A stretch of DNA of 64,000 nt, from assembly GCA_051599415.1 (NCBI GenBank), contig AP039710.1, positions 62,001 to 126,000 of the forward strand, read 5' to 3'. Origin of the DNA: Savitreella phatthalungensis. Taxonomy: Eukaryota. Of this stretch, positions 1-11,344 are shown in pieces; the first letter of the stretch is position 1, and each line of letters starts with the position of its first letter. The position numbers and the translations under genes were made by a program. Below the pieces are notes generated by a model. That model was not told where the DNA came from. It searched no databases and worked only from the letters and a program-made list of their open reading frames with translations.

Positions 1-1
1 C

Positions 2-652
2 TGGCAAGGACTCTCACCGCTCGAGGTGAGCATGCTAGGGTACTTCAACCTCCACATCATCTGGCTCAAGCTGCTCATCCCATGGCGCTTCTTCCGTTTG
101 TGGGCGATGGTTGACGGCGTGGAGACGCAGGAGAACATGCTGCGCTGCATGTCGGACAACTACAGCGCGCTCGCCTTCTGGCGGGCCTGGCACAGGTCCT
201 TCAACAGGTGGATCGTCAGGTACATCTACGTGCCGCTCGGCGGCGCGAAGACAATCCCAGGTGCCCTTCTCAACATCGCAGCAGTCTTCACCTTTGTCGC
301 CATCTGGCACGACATCTCACTCACCCTCCTCACCTGGGGCTGGCTCATCGTCCTCTTCCTCATCCCGGAGATGGTGGTGACCTCGGTCGCCAAACCGCTC
401 CGTGGTAAGCCGTACTATCGCCACCTCTGTGCCCTTGGCGGCGTTGCCAACGTGTTGATGATGATGACTGCCAATTTGGTTGGCTTCTGCGTCGGCCTTG
501 ACGGCCTCAAGGCCATGGTTGCTCAATTGTTTGGGTCGTACGCCGGCTTTGCCTTCCTCGCCATCGCCTCCGCAGCCCTCTTCGTCGGCGTCCAGGTCAT
601 GTTCGAGGTGCGCGAAGACGAAGCCACCCGCGGCATCCACCTCCGGTGCTAG
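2..652 (+). CDS. GUP1: MBOAT-family O-acyltransferase (Gup1/HHAT-like), C-terminal part; 5' end outside window
   Basis: Frame open from nt 2. Motifs ENMLRCMSDNYS, FWRAWHRSFNRWIVRYIYVPLGG and FVAIWHD (catalytic His). Several TM segments. Confidence 0.93.
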   Translation, partial: WQGLSPLEVSMLGYFNLHIIWLKLLIPWRFFRLWAMVDGVETQENMLRCMSDNYSALAFWRAWHRSFNRWIVRYIYVPLGGAKTIPGALLNIAAVFTFVAIWHDISLTLLTWGWLIVLFLIPEMVVTSVAKPLRGKPYYRHLCALGGVANVLMMMTANLVGFCVGLDGLKAMVAQLFGSYAGFAFLAIASAALFVGVQVMFEVREDEATRGIHLRC

Positions 653-773
653 TCCTCAACACTACTGTACAAATCATCAGGACGGGCAGAACGAACTGTC
701 TATCACCTTCTTCACGATGCATATGAATCTCATTTTCTGTTCTCCTAACTGTAATGATCGCTGAAGTTGTAAT

Positions 774-3065
774 TTACTGTAGTGCGTTCTCGAGCAGCCG
801 TTGGACGCGGTCTGCGGTGTCGCGCGTTGTGGTCTGACCTGCCATGAGGTAGACGACGTTGCCGAGTGGTCTTGCCATGACGCCACCGTCTTGATCGTTG
901 CCGAGCCTGAGGGCCTCGACCACCTGCGCGGACGCAGCGCTAGCGTACCCGCCAGCCTCACCAGCCAGCGGGTGCAGCGCGACCGCAAGCACACTCCCCA
1001 TACACACCACCCAGTCCACCTTGTCGTGGTGAGACAGCTGCCTGACGTAATCTCTCGACCACACGCTCCACACCGGTAGGTCACTAGACCAGTCTGCCTT
1101 CGAGGCTGATGCGGTTCGCCGAGCGTCCTGGACCGGTTGACTGGACTCTTCGATTTCCTGATCTGAGATGCCGCGCTCTTCGTGGATCGTCCGAAGTCTA
1201 TGGACAGATGCGAGGGCGACGGAGGTGCCGACCGGGTGGGCGGTATAGGAATGTCCGTGGAGAAGACAATCCTGCTTTTTGTCTGTGAGGAAGACGTTGA
1301 AAATTTGCTCAGTGGCGAGCGTGACGGCCAGGGGGACCAGCCCGCCTGTGAGCAGCTTTGCGTTCACAGAGATGTCTGGGTTGATGCCGAGCAAGGTGGT
1401 CGCGCGCGCGTGTCCGAGACGGTACAGACCAACAAACACCTCGTCCGTGATGACCGGCAATCCTGTCCACGTGGGACCGCCCGAAGACGACGAGCCTGGA
1501 GGGCAGAACAGCTCGCTACCACGGACGTAGTCCACCAGTACACGCTGGAATAGAGGGTCGACAAAATGCATACCGCCTGCGCCCATCAGGATCGATTCGA
1601 AAATCAACGCGCCAAACCGATCGCCACGCTCTACGGCTTCACGCAAAGTCTTGTCAATGATCTGACGGTAGTGCGTCGCCGTTTGCCCGGCCAGCCGCTT
1701 GTCCAAGTCAAAGACCTCTGTCATACTCGAGAGCTTCTCAATCACTTGACCGTCTAGCTCGATCTCATACTCTCCCTTTCGCAGTAGCACAGCCGGTGCA
1801 TCAAAATAGACACCCCGGGCATCGTACCAATCGACCTGGTCGTTGTATACATTTGGGTCAGAAGCGTTCATGCTGCCGATCGTGTCACCGTGGTAGGAGC
1901 CCTTGATACCAATCACTTTCAGGCGTGGCTCACGAGAGGTCTGATTGTACCTTGCACGAGATGCCTTCAATGCCATTTTCAACGCGATCTCGATTCCCGT
2001 CGTGCCGTTGTCGGAGTAGTACACCCGACTAGCCCAGCCTTGCCCGACGGTCGCGAGCAATTGTTCTGCGAGCGCCAGGGCAGGCTCGTTCACGGCGTTC
2101 GGGAGCATGACGTGGCCGTAGCGAGAGCCAGCGTATGCAGCTTCGAGAGCGAGTTCGCTGTTGCCATGTCCGAGTCCCTGGGTCCACCAAGATGCGCTCG
2201 CATCAAAGACTGGACGCAGGCCCTGTTTCTCTGCATCCAAGCATGCAAAGTCGTCCCCGTACGCCGAGTCCATCACATTCACCTTCTCGCGCTCAAGGAG
2301 ACCGTGCTGCGTGAATGGGTACCAGAGCGTGTGGAGTGCCTTTCCAGGCATCTCACGAAGCCGCTGGACCCGGTGCTCGTGCGTGTCGATCATGTGATGC
2401 TTGAGTGATGTCAGGGCCCCGCTTTCAGAGACCAGGTCGTAATACACCTGCATGTTCTCCGCGTCCTCTGCCGGATCTCGCTGTTTCGGCGGTGGTGGGG
2501 GGATCTGCAGGGTGGTGGTGCCGAGCTTTTGAGCGAGATATGGCAGGTTGCCCCAGTCGGCCTTGAAGCCGATGATGGCAGCAACGTCATAGCCATGTAG
2601 TCGAAGTGATTCGTACGCTGACACAGTTGTTGAGATACCGCCGAGATTCGAATCTGCGACGAGGACAACGGGCAGTCTAAGCGGACGGTACAGCTCGAGC
2701 TGAGAGGATCCTGATGGTGCTGGAGAATGGACTCCTCCGGCAGTCTCGACCAGCGTGGGTCTCTCATCGGACAGCAAGTCCATTAGCTTCGACAGAATCA
2801 CGCTGTCCGGTGGTGGAGCATCGCCTGCAGCTAGGTGGGGACTACATGGCTCGTCAAACTGGTAGATGACCTTGCCCTTGACTCCGGCATATCTGTCGAC
2901 ATGCAGGTAATCTGCATCGTCAAGAGGGCCGGTAGATACGGGCTTAATGTAGTCTATCCGAGGTGCAAAGGCTTTCGCAAGGAGAGTAGAGATGATTGTC
3001 TTTCCGACGCCGGTGTTGGCGCCGAAGATCTGGTAGATTGGCTGCTTCAGCGACAGCCTTGACAT
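774..3065 (-). CDS. bioDA: Bifunctional dethiobiotin synthetase / 7,8-diaminopelargonic acid aminotransferase
   Basis: N-terminal BioD motifs GANTGVGKT, YIKPVSTGP and VETAGGVHSP. C-terminal BioA motifs WYPFTQH, SWWTQGLGHG, YHGDTIG, DEVFVG, AKLLTGG (PLP Lys) and LHGHSYTAHP. One uninterrupted 763-aa ORF. Confidence 0.96.
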   Translation of the reverse strand: MSRLSLKQPIYQIFGANTGVGKTIISTLLAKAFAPRIDYIKPVSTGPLDDADYLHVDRYAGVKGKVIYQFDEPCSPHLAAGDAPPPDSVILSKLMDLLSDERPTLVETAGGVHSPAPSGSSQLELYRPLRLPVVLVADSNLGGISTTVSAYESLRLHGYDVAAIIGFKADWGNLPYLAQKLGTTTLQIPPPPPKQRDPAEDAENMQVYYDLVSESGALTSLKHHMIDTHEHRVQRLREMPGKALHTLWYPFTQHGLLEREKVNVMDSAYGDDFACLDAEKQGLRPVFDASASWWTQGLGHGNSELALEAAYAGSRYGHVMLPNAVNEPALALAEQLLATVGQGWASRVYYSDNGTTGIEIALKMALKASRARYNQTSREPRLKVIGIKGSYHGDTIGSMNASDPNVYNDQVDWYDARGVYFDAPAVLLRKGEYEIELDGQVIEKLSSMTEVFDLDKRLAGQTATHYRQIIDKTLREAVERGDRFGALIFESILMGAGGMHFVDPLFQRVLVDYVRGSELFCPPGSSSSGGPTWTGLPVITDEVFVGLYRLGHARATTLLGINPDISVNAKLLTGGLVPLAVTLATEQIFNVFLTDKKQDCLLHGHSYTAHPVGTSVALASVHRLRTIHEERGISDQEIEESSQPVQDARRTASASKADWSSDLPVWSVWSRDYVRQLSHHDKVDWVVCMGSVLAVALHPLAGEAGGYASAASAQVVEALRLGNDQDGGVMARPLGNVVYLMAGQTTTRDTADRVQRLLENALQ

Positions 3066-3756
3066 CTTTTAGCACATATCACAAGGAGCAGAAGCGCGTT
3101 CAGAGGGGTCTCCTAGTGAAATTGGTGACCAGGGACTCTACAGAATACCAGTCAGAAGGTCCAGGCGATGATGGAAAGAGGTAGTGCTCTGATATAGTCC
3201 TGGGTGGATGATGAGGTAGATTGAGATTTTGTGCATCTTTTGATAATCTCTTGTTTGAGCGCTCACGTGCTGAACTCAACTTGCCCAGCTCATACTTTCC
3301 TGCATTAAGCTAGCTGTGTGATCAATTATAATAATGGTCTGATGAATCGCTTGTCTCATTCCAAAACTTGTGCATTCTTAGTTTCCCTGTGTAATTTTCC
3401 TGCATCTGAACACTCTTTACCGAACTTGTGCTACCCTAACTTGTACTACCCTAAGTTAAAATCTTATCCTCGACCCCACACACTGATCCGCAACCGAGGC
3501 AGCTAACAGAACAGACAGTCCAAGTACTATTATCAGTGGTAGTACTCCAAGCCTGTGTGAGCGCGCACCAACGCGAAGACCTGCCTATTCCGAGAACGGA
3601 ACCTAAATACATCAATCATATTTCCTGACAACGGAGCCGGAAGCCGCAGTCAGCCGTCACCGCGCCAGCAACAGCTTAAGCTTCAGCATCCACCGACAGA
3701 GTCTACGTCGTTGAATAGCTCGGTTTGAAAAGCTTGCCTGCACCTTCGGCTTATAC

Positions 3757-4926
3757 ATGTCATTGCGTCTCCCGCATACGCTACGCAGTATTCTCACAAT
3801 GCCCTTACGCGCAAAGATTGATCCAAAGTCACCATTAACTGACCGATCCATGTCATCATCGGCCATTTCACAGGACCCAGCCGATGATGTCCTTTTCGAA
3901 GATGTCCAGGGAGTCCGCAAGGTCATTCTCAACCGACCAAAGAAGCTCAACTCGCTCGATGGCAGCATGATCCGCAAGATTCACCCGAGACTACTCGACT
4001 GGGCTAAAGATGGCTCAGGCTGCAAGCTCGTGACGATCAGCGGGAACGGACGAGCGTTTTGCGCTGGCGGAGACGTCGCCACACTCGCAGAGTCCAACAA
4101 GCAGGGCGATCACCAGGCGGGCAAGGACTACTTTGCTGCAGAGTACCGGCTAGACCACCTGATTGCGACCTACGGAAAACCAATCGTCGCCCTGACCGAC
4201 GGGATTTGCATGGGTGGCGGTGTCGGTCTGACGATCAATGCACCCGTCCGCGTGGTGACTGAGAAGACGATGTTTGCGATGCCGGAATCCACGATTGGCT
4301 TCTTCCCAGATGTTGGCGCGTCCCGGTTCCTAGCGAAGCTCGGCAACATCGGCAAATATCTCGCATGCACAGCCGCCAGGCTTCAAGGCTCGCAAATCGT
4401 CCTTGCCGGTGCAGCCACGCATTTCGTCAAGTCCGAGAGACTGCAGGAGGTGGAGAAGACGCTTGCACAGCTTTCAACCTCGACTGACGCTGACGTGACG
4501 GTGGAGAGGATCTCGAAGGCGATCGATGCGATTGCCGAGGACGTGTCGAGCGAGCAATTCGACTTGGCAAAGCACGCAACAGCTCTGGCCGCATTTGAAA
4601 GGTCGACGATCCCGGAGGTCCTCGACGCGCTAGATGCAGTCACTGGCGCTGACGCCGACTTCGCAAAAGCCACGGCCAAGACGATGCGCGAGAAGGCGCC
4701 TCACTCGCTCGCCGTTGCGCTCGAGGCACAACGGCGTGGTGCCCAGTGGTGTATCGACGAGGTGTTTGAGCAGGAATACAACATCGCCTGCGTCTTCATG
4801 CACGACCCTGACTTTGTCGAGGGTGTCGAAGCCACACTCAAACACAGGCGTCTGGGCAACTGGAACCAGCGTGACTTTGCCTGCGACGTGTCCAAATACT
4901 TTGCCGGCACGGCAAAGCTGTTTTAG
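3757..4926 (+). CDS. EHD3: 3-hydroxyisobutyryl-CoA hydrolase-like (crotonase fold, HIBCH/Ehd3 family)
   Basis: Motifs LNRPKKLNSL, AFCAGGDV, DGICMGGGVGL, FAMPESTIGFFPDVG and DFVEGV. Arg/Ser/Leu-rich presequence-like N-terminus. Exact start uncertain. Confidence 0.9.
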   Translation: MSLRLPHTLRSILTMPLRAKIDPKSPLTDRSMSSSAISQDPADDVLFEDVQGVRKVILNRPKKLNSLDGSMIRKIHPRLLDWAKDGSGCKLVTISGNGRAFCAGGDVATLAESNKQGDHQAGKDYFAAEYRLDHLIATYGKPIVALTDGICMGGGVGLTINAPVRVVTEKTMFAMPESTIGFFPDVGASRFLAKLGNIGKYLACTAARLQGSQIVLAGAATHFVKSERLQEVEKTLAQLSTSTDADVTVERISKAIDAIAEDVSSEQFDLAKHATALAAFERSTIPEVLDALDAVTGADADFAKATAKTMREKAPHSLAVALEAQRRGAQWCIDEVFEQEYNIACVFMHDPDFVEGVEATLKHRRLGNWNQRDFACDVSKYFAGTAKLF

Positions 4927-7900
4927 TCATCAATGAAAGTATATTTAGACAAATTATCTGGTGGAACCATGATTGACAATCAAGCCCGTCATTTCAGCAC
5001 CACTGGATGTATCTGAAGGGTCGCATGCCCGTCTGCGATGAGCGGGACTCCCCTCAAAGGGCGGCCGACGTAGCGTATGACCACCCTGACACGTGACTGA
5101 CCCCGTGTGTGTTGAGCACGACCGAGCTTGTCTTCCTCATTGTCGCATCTCAACCACATCGATCGCATGGTCGTCGTCCCGTTTACTCGTGAGCACCTCG
5201 TTGAGAGCCAATGACATCCCAATTCGAGAACTTGAACGCCGTGAGCGACAAATACCAATGGAAGCAAAGTACTTCTCGTTCAGCCCTTGTTCCGGAATCG
5301 ATGGAGTGGTGATCAGTCAAGTCTCGTCAGCCAGCGTTGCGTCGATCATCTACGTCTGCAAAAGGAGGAACATCGTTCGTGCACCGTTGTTGCACATCGC
5401 TCGTTGACTTAGTGCACGAATCAGCCGCAAACGCAAAGTGGTTGATGTTCTTAGACATCACTCATTCCTCCGTGTACCCCTATAATCGCTTGCTTTCTTA
5501 CGATGACTCAAAGGCCAACGCAGACCGACGATACGAGCGTTGATGTCTACTTCATCTGTCGAACGATGTGATAAAGACACTGACGTTTGCGCAGTCATCT
5601 TCGCTTGCAAAGGTACATTACACGCAACACAACGCGGCCGGCATATCGGAACAACCTAGCATCAACATCTCTCTCCCTCACTTACTCGCTCACTCACTCA
5701 CGTGTCAGAATAGACGGCAGACTCTATCTGCAAGTCATGGCTATGACGAATGAGGCTCTTTGCTGCAGCTGGAGAAGCGCGCAGAAGAAACACGAATGGT
5801 GTGAGTAGGGCATGAGCGAAAAGATGTTGACAGCGGGCACGCTCTAGATACTGACAGGATTAGCTGTAGCTCGTTGCCAGGCAGAGTTGTTCCGGGGCTT
5901 GAGCAAAGAGGGCGATTCTCCAAAGGGGGACCGAGGGCGATGCAATGAAGTGGCGTAGCTGTCTGACCTGTCTGTGCTTTCCAAGACTGAGCAAGCACCC
6001 AAGTATACCGATAGGCGATTTGGCCAGATCTATGCATGCGGAATGAGTTACTAATCCTGTACTTGACTCCTCATTGCCTTCCGCGCCAGACTGATCCGAA
6101 AGAATCGACCGCCAAGCGTAAATGCAAGCCAATGCAATGCTACGCACGCCGGCCATGCGAGCGGGCGTACCAATATGAAAAGACTTGAGCTAGTGCGAGC
6201 AGTTGTCCCGATTCACTGCAAAGTAAGGGACAAGATGAGATGTCACCATCGATGGAACTGCTCGTCAGGTCACAAATCAAAGCCCCTAGAGCAGACGAAG
6301 TGACGAGAATGACTTCACGATGAAGAGTTCTTCCGCAAGTCCAAGGTTGATGTGTGAGCTACGCGGAAGATCTCCCCTAAGCTTCGCAGTCTGGGTGTTG
6401 GAAATCCAAATCCAATAAAAGAGTGGGAGGAATCTTTTTGGAGAATCTGTGAGTTGGATAGTTGTTCCTCACAGGGACCAACATGCACTGTCGAGACTCA
6501 CTTGGGTGTCCGCAGCGGCTGTCCAGCGTGTGCGGTTTAGGCTCGTCCATCTACAGCCACTAATCGTATATCTGCGGTTTCCCTACACAACAGCACGTAC
6601 GCAATAGGTCTCGGACGCATGGATACAGTGGAGAAAGCGAAAGCATCTTGGAGGTGCTTGAGAGATGTCTTGTATGCACTCATGAGATGAGCCAAGTTCA
6701 AGCAGAGTTTCACATTCCGATAGACCCTGCCTGTGCGCGAGTCGGTGTCATGGTTGTTGTGGCAGAGTCAAAGAGCGGGCCCCTCTGCGGCGACGGGATG
6801 GCTTGGAGAGTCAAAGCCCAGCGCTGGAAGCTAGAGCTAATTCCGCAGCGCCACAGTTGAATCATATCACATCCCGGGGTAAATGGCGTCAGGCCGGCTA
6901 CCTCCTCATCGCTCGACCGGAGAAACCTGGTTGAAAACAACAGCGCTAGTCACATGTACAAGTACGGGGAAGCGAGAATCCCAGTCAGCCGGCCAATTGA
7001 GACTGGACGGAAGGACGGAGTGTAGTTCGGAAAGGCGTGGGGTCGTGAGGCGGTGCTTTGACTTGTGTTGTTCCGGATGTGAGCAGGTGCAGGCATGCGA
7101 GATCGAGGCAATATGAGACGCAGGACGGGTCATAGAATCGAGTCAGTGTGGGCTTTTGCGGAAGAACTGTCCGAACAGGATACTGCTAGACGTCGACCTC
7201 GGGCTTGCGGGCCTTGTCCATGCATTCCCCTACCAGCTGGCGCACTCAAACATGGGCACACAATGCGGTGAGCAATAGAATGGTGAAGAGATTTGAATTC
7301 GTCTCAGACCTGAATTCAAGCTTGGAATTTATCTGAGGGAAAATTCATTGAAGATCGAGCCAGTATATTTATGAATCGGATGAGTAAAAAAGGGAAACTG
7401 TATGCGATGCAAGCGATCCAATTTATCCGTAGACTTCAAGGGCGGACGGTCATGACCACTCCTTACACAATCGCGCACGCGTTCTTGAACTCACTTTCTC
7501 TCTTCTATCTCTGTCTCTGTCTATGAGCAACGAAAGAAACCATGGATAAATGAATCACCTATTCAATCACAGACAGAGATCTTGTGAACGCGAGACGTTA
7601 GTCTAGGTCTGTGCTTCGGATAGTCCGAGCATGGGCCAGAAAGGAAAAAGTGTGTTGACCATGCGTTCGGTCAGATGGTCAGTGATGCAATTCAATCTGA
7701 TTTGGGTTCCGGTTGAATAGCGCGGGAGTATTGATCCATACCTGCTCTAGCTGTCTCCTTCGAAGACAGGCCGAGGGAAAAACAATTGAAAAAGATGGGA
7801 TGAAACCGCCACACCGGTTGAATCGCTCAATTTGCCCCGATCAGACACGCGGCATTCATTCATGAAACAAAATGCGATCGATCTGAATCTACAGCAGGTG

Positions 7901-9999
7901 AAATATGAAAATAGATCGCATGTTCCGCGGTGCGAAAGGGAAAATTCCTTCAAGAGTGTGTTCATCCTACTTGAACTGAAATCTGACACAGGATAGATTA
8001 AAAGCCAAGCCAAGCCACTCCCGCGGCATCCTCCGACGATCCCACCCCAATTTCAGAATCCACCAACACTCATCCATCCATCCATCCTTCCATACGTCCA
8101 TCCTCACAGAAAATCACAGTAGACCCTCTACCCTCTCTACCTGGACGTCTGTACTGAGTGAGGAATACGACTTGACATCTACTGGCCAAATAGATCCGAA
8201 ATAGTGTCCGATCGACCTCGAAAAGAGCAGGCTCTACGACGAAATACGTCCTCTGCATGATTACAGTCATTCAGGAGAATCTCCATCTCTCTCTCTCTCT
8301 CCCTCTCTCTCAAGTTGGAGAGCAGGAGTAACACAGGGGACTAAAAGATGAGCTTTGACTGATGAGCTTGAAGATGCGGGATCATCACGAATGCGGACCT
8401 ATATCTCAGTGAGTGCTCGACTGCATGAGACTCAGATACGGCGCTGCCCACCGTCTCAAGCCTCTTGGTCTTGCTGCTGGGCTTTAGTCTCGATCTTGCA
8501 TCTCGTATGCCAACTTGTGATCTCGTGACCTGGATGAACAAGATCTTCCCGCTCTCTCAAAAGGTTCATGCGGAGGAAGTGTGAATTACGAGCTCAAAGG
8601 AAAAGAACTGCATGACTTACGTGTGCAGGTGGGGAAAGCAGACCAAGTAAACGCTCTCGGAAAAAAGGACATCAAGCTACTTCTTGGCTTAGACATGCCA
8701 TATTGAACGCATCCCTCCTCTGGACCTTAAGACCTCCAAGTGAATGAATGCCGAAGCCACCTCTGGGAACTGGACACTGCACGCGGAGGAGAGCGACAAG
8801 CTTCAACTCGACCGTACTCGATATATTTCCTCGGTGGGGCTGTGATACTACGGCGTACGCCGCTGTGGCTTTTCCATTTTTCCCAATGCCTCACCCCCAC
8901 TCGTCCTCACTCAAGGAGTTCCAGCTCATTTACATCTCCAACACGCGTCCACTCTTGCACGATCCTCCCGCTCTTGATGAGTAAATTCTCCTTTGGTATA
9001 ACAAATGGCCTCTGCAGAAAAAGGCAATGCGAACGAAGCAGGACAAGCCTCCGGGAAAAATCTATGTGACTTAAGTCCGAGAACGAACCAAAGGCGTTCG
9101 GATCAATCCTTCTTCACCGCAAATCTATCGACCATCTGACCATCTGACCATCTGACTCTCGCTAGTCTTGGTTGACTCCTCTGGGCCCACTCACATTCAT
9201 TCGTTCATAGGTTCCTGTGGGGGTGCGGTCATTGCCGAGAAGAGAAGCAACGCCAGGCTGCATGCACACGGTCATGAGAAAGGGTTTACCTGGCTGGGAG
9301 TGCATGACTTCAGCCATCGCTCGCACAAGGGAAAAGCGATGCGGTCCTAGGCTGTGCGCCGTTGCTGCTGCACGGTGTGGTGCAGTTCAGAGCAGAGCAG
9401 TGCAAGACATCAGGGTGAGGCATCTTGGGGCTTTGCTGTGTCTCGCAGTCCCTTTATTCAACACATTGTGTCACAATCATACAAAAGTCCGGACGCCATC
9501 CACAGATAGCAGCCCCTCCGGCCCACCAAGCACAGCAGCTCGCTCCCACCGGCAGTCTTAACGACATCCACAACCAATATCAACTTCGCCTTCCATCATA
9601 AGGAACATCTCTCCATTCATTTCTCGCCCTGACAGGATCCCACTCACCCACTTATTTTCCACGCACACGCGGGCCAAGTATCCGGAACATCGTCTCTCTC
9701 TCACACTCTCTCGCTCGCTCGCTCCAACTTACCTGATCCTCTGTCACAGGCACATCCAAAGACGCGGATTTATCCAGTCTTGCAACTCCAGCTAGCTTCC
9801 CTCTCTGCTCTTACACTCATCCACACGACAGAGTCATAGCTGCAGAGGCGCCCAAGCTCAGACGAAGCCAGGACCCACCCACATACCCCAGACCGGCAAA
9901 CACGACGCTGTAGATTTACCGAGCATCAGGTTAATCCGGGGAACAACCTTCATCAAGACAGACCTTAACATCCTCCGGAACATCACCAGCGACATTGTC

Positions 10000-10005
10000 T
10001 ATAAA
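10000..10005 (+). promoter_or_regulatory. TATA box of the aquaglyceroporin gene
   Basis: TATAAA about 110 nt upstream of ATG 10115. Confidence 0.55.
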
Positions 10006-10114
10006 GACCCCAGGTCTCCCCTCATCGTATCACCACGACTCCAGACTTCGATCCGACCTTGGAAACTCCAACCTTCCTCGATTGTTACCACATCCATATA
10101 TCAGCAACAGGATC

Positions 10115-11344
10115 ATGTCTCAGAACAATCACAGCGACGCGCCACCGCGCTTCCAATCTATCGGCGCCAACCCGCCACGCTTCAGGTCCGTCGATGCAAA
10201 CGGCATTGAGGTCTCGCCGACCCGGGAAGCACAGACTCTGGCGCAGACTGGTGACCTCAAGACCGACTACCACCTAGGCTCACCGGCCGGCTCGATCGAC
10301 AAGTCGGCTGTTCAGCACGTCGACGAGGCCTCAATCGAGACCTCCGAGCACCACGGCAACGGCACAGGCATCAACACCCACCGTGAGCCATTTCACTTCC
10401 AGCACGAGGACCAGGGAGCAACGTTCAAGGCTCTTCAGCTCCAGCAGGGTGCTCTCAACGACCCGGAGCCTCTCGCCGTCGAGCACAACTACTTCTCCCG
10501 CGCAAAGGACAACTGGATCTGGCGCGAGGGCATTTCGGAGTTCTGCGGTGTCTTCACCCTGATTCTGATCGGCGACGGTGTCGTCGCTCAGGTCAAGACC
10601 GGTGGTGGCAACACAGGCAATTTCCTTTCGATCGACCTCCTCTGGGGTGTCGCCGTCTTCCTCGGCATTCTCGCCGCCCCAGCATCCGGAGGTCACATCA
10701 ACCCGGCTGTCACCTTCATCAACTGTCTGTTCCGCAAGCTCTCCTGGCGCAAGCTCCCCGTCTACCTCCTCTTCCAGGTCAGCGGCGGATTCTTTGGTGC
10801 AGCAGTCGTCTACGTTCTTTACCGTCCGCTCATCCTCGCCTACGACCCGAATCTGACCGTCACGGGCCCAACTGCTACCGCCGGTATCTTCTGCACATAC
10901 CCGAACGGCGCAATCTCGTCCGGCAAGGGCTACGATTCGGCATACCAGTTCTTCTCTGAGTTTGTCTGCTCCAGCTTCCTCGGATTCTGCCTGTTCGCAT
11001 TCGGTGACGAGAACGGTATGGCGCTCGGCAAGGCAACACCGTTCGGTGTCTTCTTCCTGATCTTTGCTATCGGTGGCTCTCTCGGTTCCCTGACCGGCTG
11101 GTCAATGTCGCTCTGCCGTGACCTGGGTCCTCGCATGTTCTCTGCGATTGTGTACGGCAGCGAGGTCTTCACCGTCCACAACTACTACTCGATGATCCCA
11201 CCTTTCCAATCCTTCATTGGCTGTGCAGTCGGCGCTTTCCTCTACGACCTGCTCATCTACCGCGGTGACTCACCCATCAACAGGCCTTACTTCGGTCTTC
11301 GTCAGGCTCGCTCGGCTTTCTCGCTCTCTGAGAAGCAGGTCTAA
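10115..11344 (+). CDS. Aquaglyceroporin (MIP family) with atypical second NPA box
   Basis: Motifs EFCGVFTLILIGDG, SGGHINPAVT, TAGIFCTYP and RDLGPR (the RD pair marks glyceroporins). Six TM segments. First ATG is 10115; the track's 9995 start is a TTG upstream of the TATA box. Confidence 0.93.
   Translation: MSQNNHSDAPPRFQSIGANPPRFRSVDANGIEVSPTREAQTLAQTGDLKTDYHLGSPAGSIDKSAVQHVDEASIETSEHHGNGTGINTHREPFHFQHEDQGATFKALQLQQGALNDPEPLAVEHNYFSRAKDNWIWREGISEFCGVFTLILIGDGVVAQVKTGGGNTGNFLSIDLLWGVAVFLGILAAPASGGHINPAVTFINCLFRKLSWRKLPVYLLFQVSGGFFGAAVVYVLYRPLILAYDPNLTVTGPTATAGIFCTYPNGAISSGKGYDSAYQFFSEFVCSSFLGFCLFAFGDENGMALGKATPFGVFFLIFAIGGSLGSLTGWSMSLCRDLGPRMFSAIVYGSEVFTVHNYYSMIPPFQSFIGCAVGAFLYDLLIYRGDSPINRPYFGLRQARSAFSLSEKQV

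Noticed and set aside
4912..4926. C-terminal AKLF of the HIBCH-like protein as a peroxisomal PTS1
   Set aside because: PTS1 must be the last three residues; the terminal Phe breaks it and no alternative splice was evident.
9727..9735. ACTTACCTG resembling the U1 snRNA 5' end
   Set aside because: No U1 stem-loop II (ATTGCAC) or Sm site follows.
9995..10114. N-terminal extensions in the ORF track (also for SCJ1, HRT3, LEU2, WSS1-like and RCR-like)
   Set aside because: They begin at non-ATG codons upstream of the ATG that matches the family N-terminus or signal peptide.
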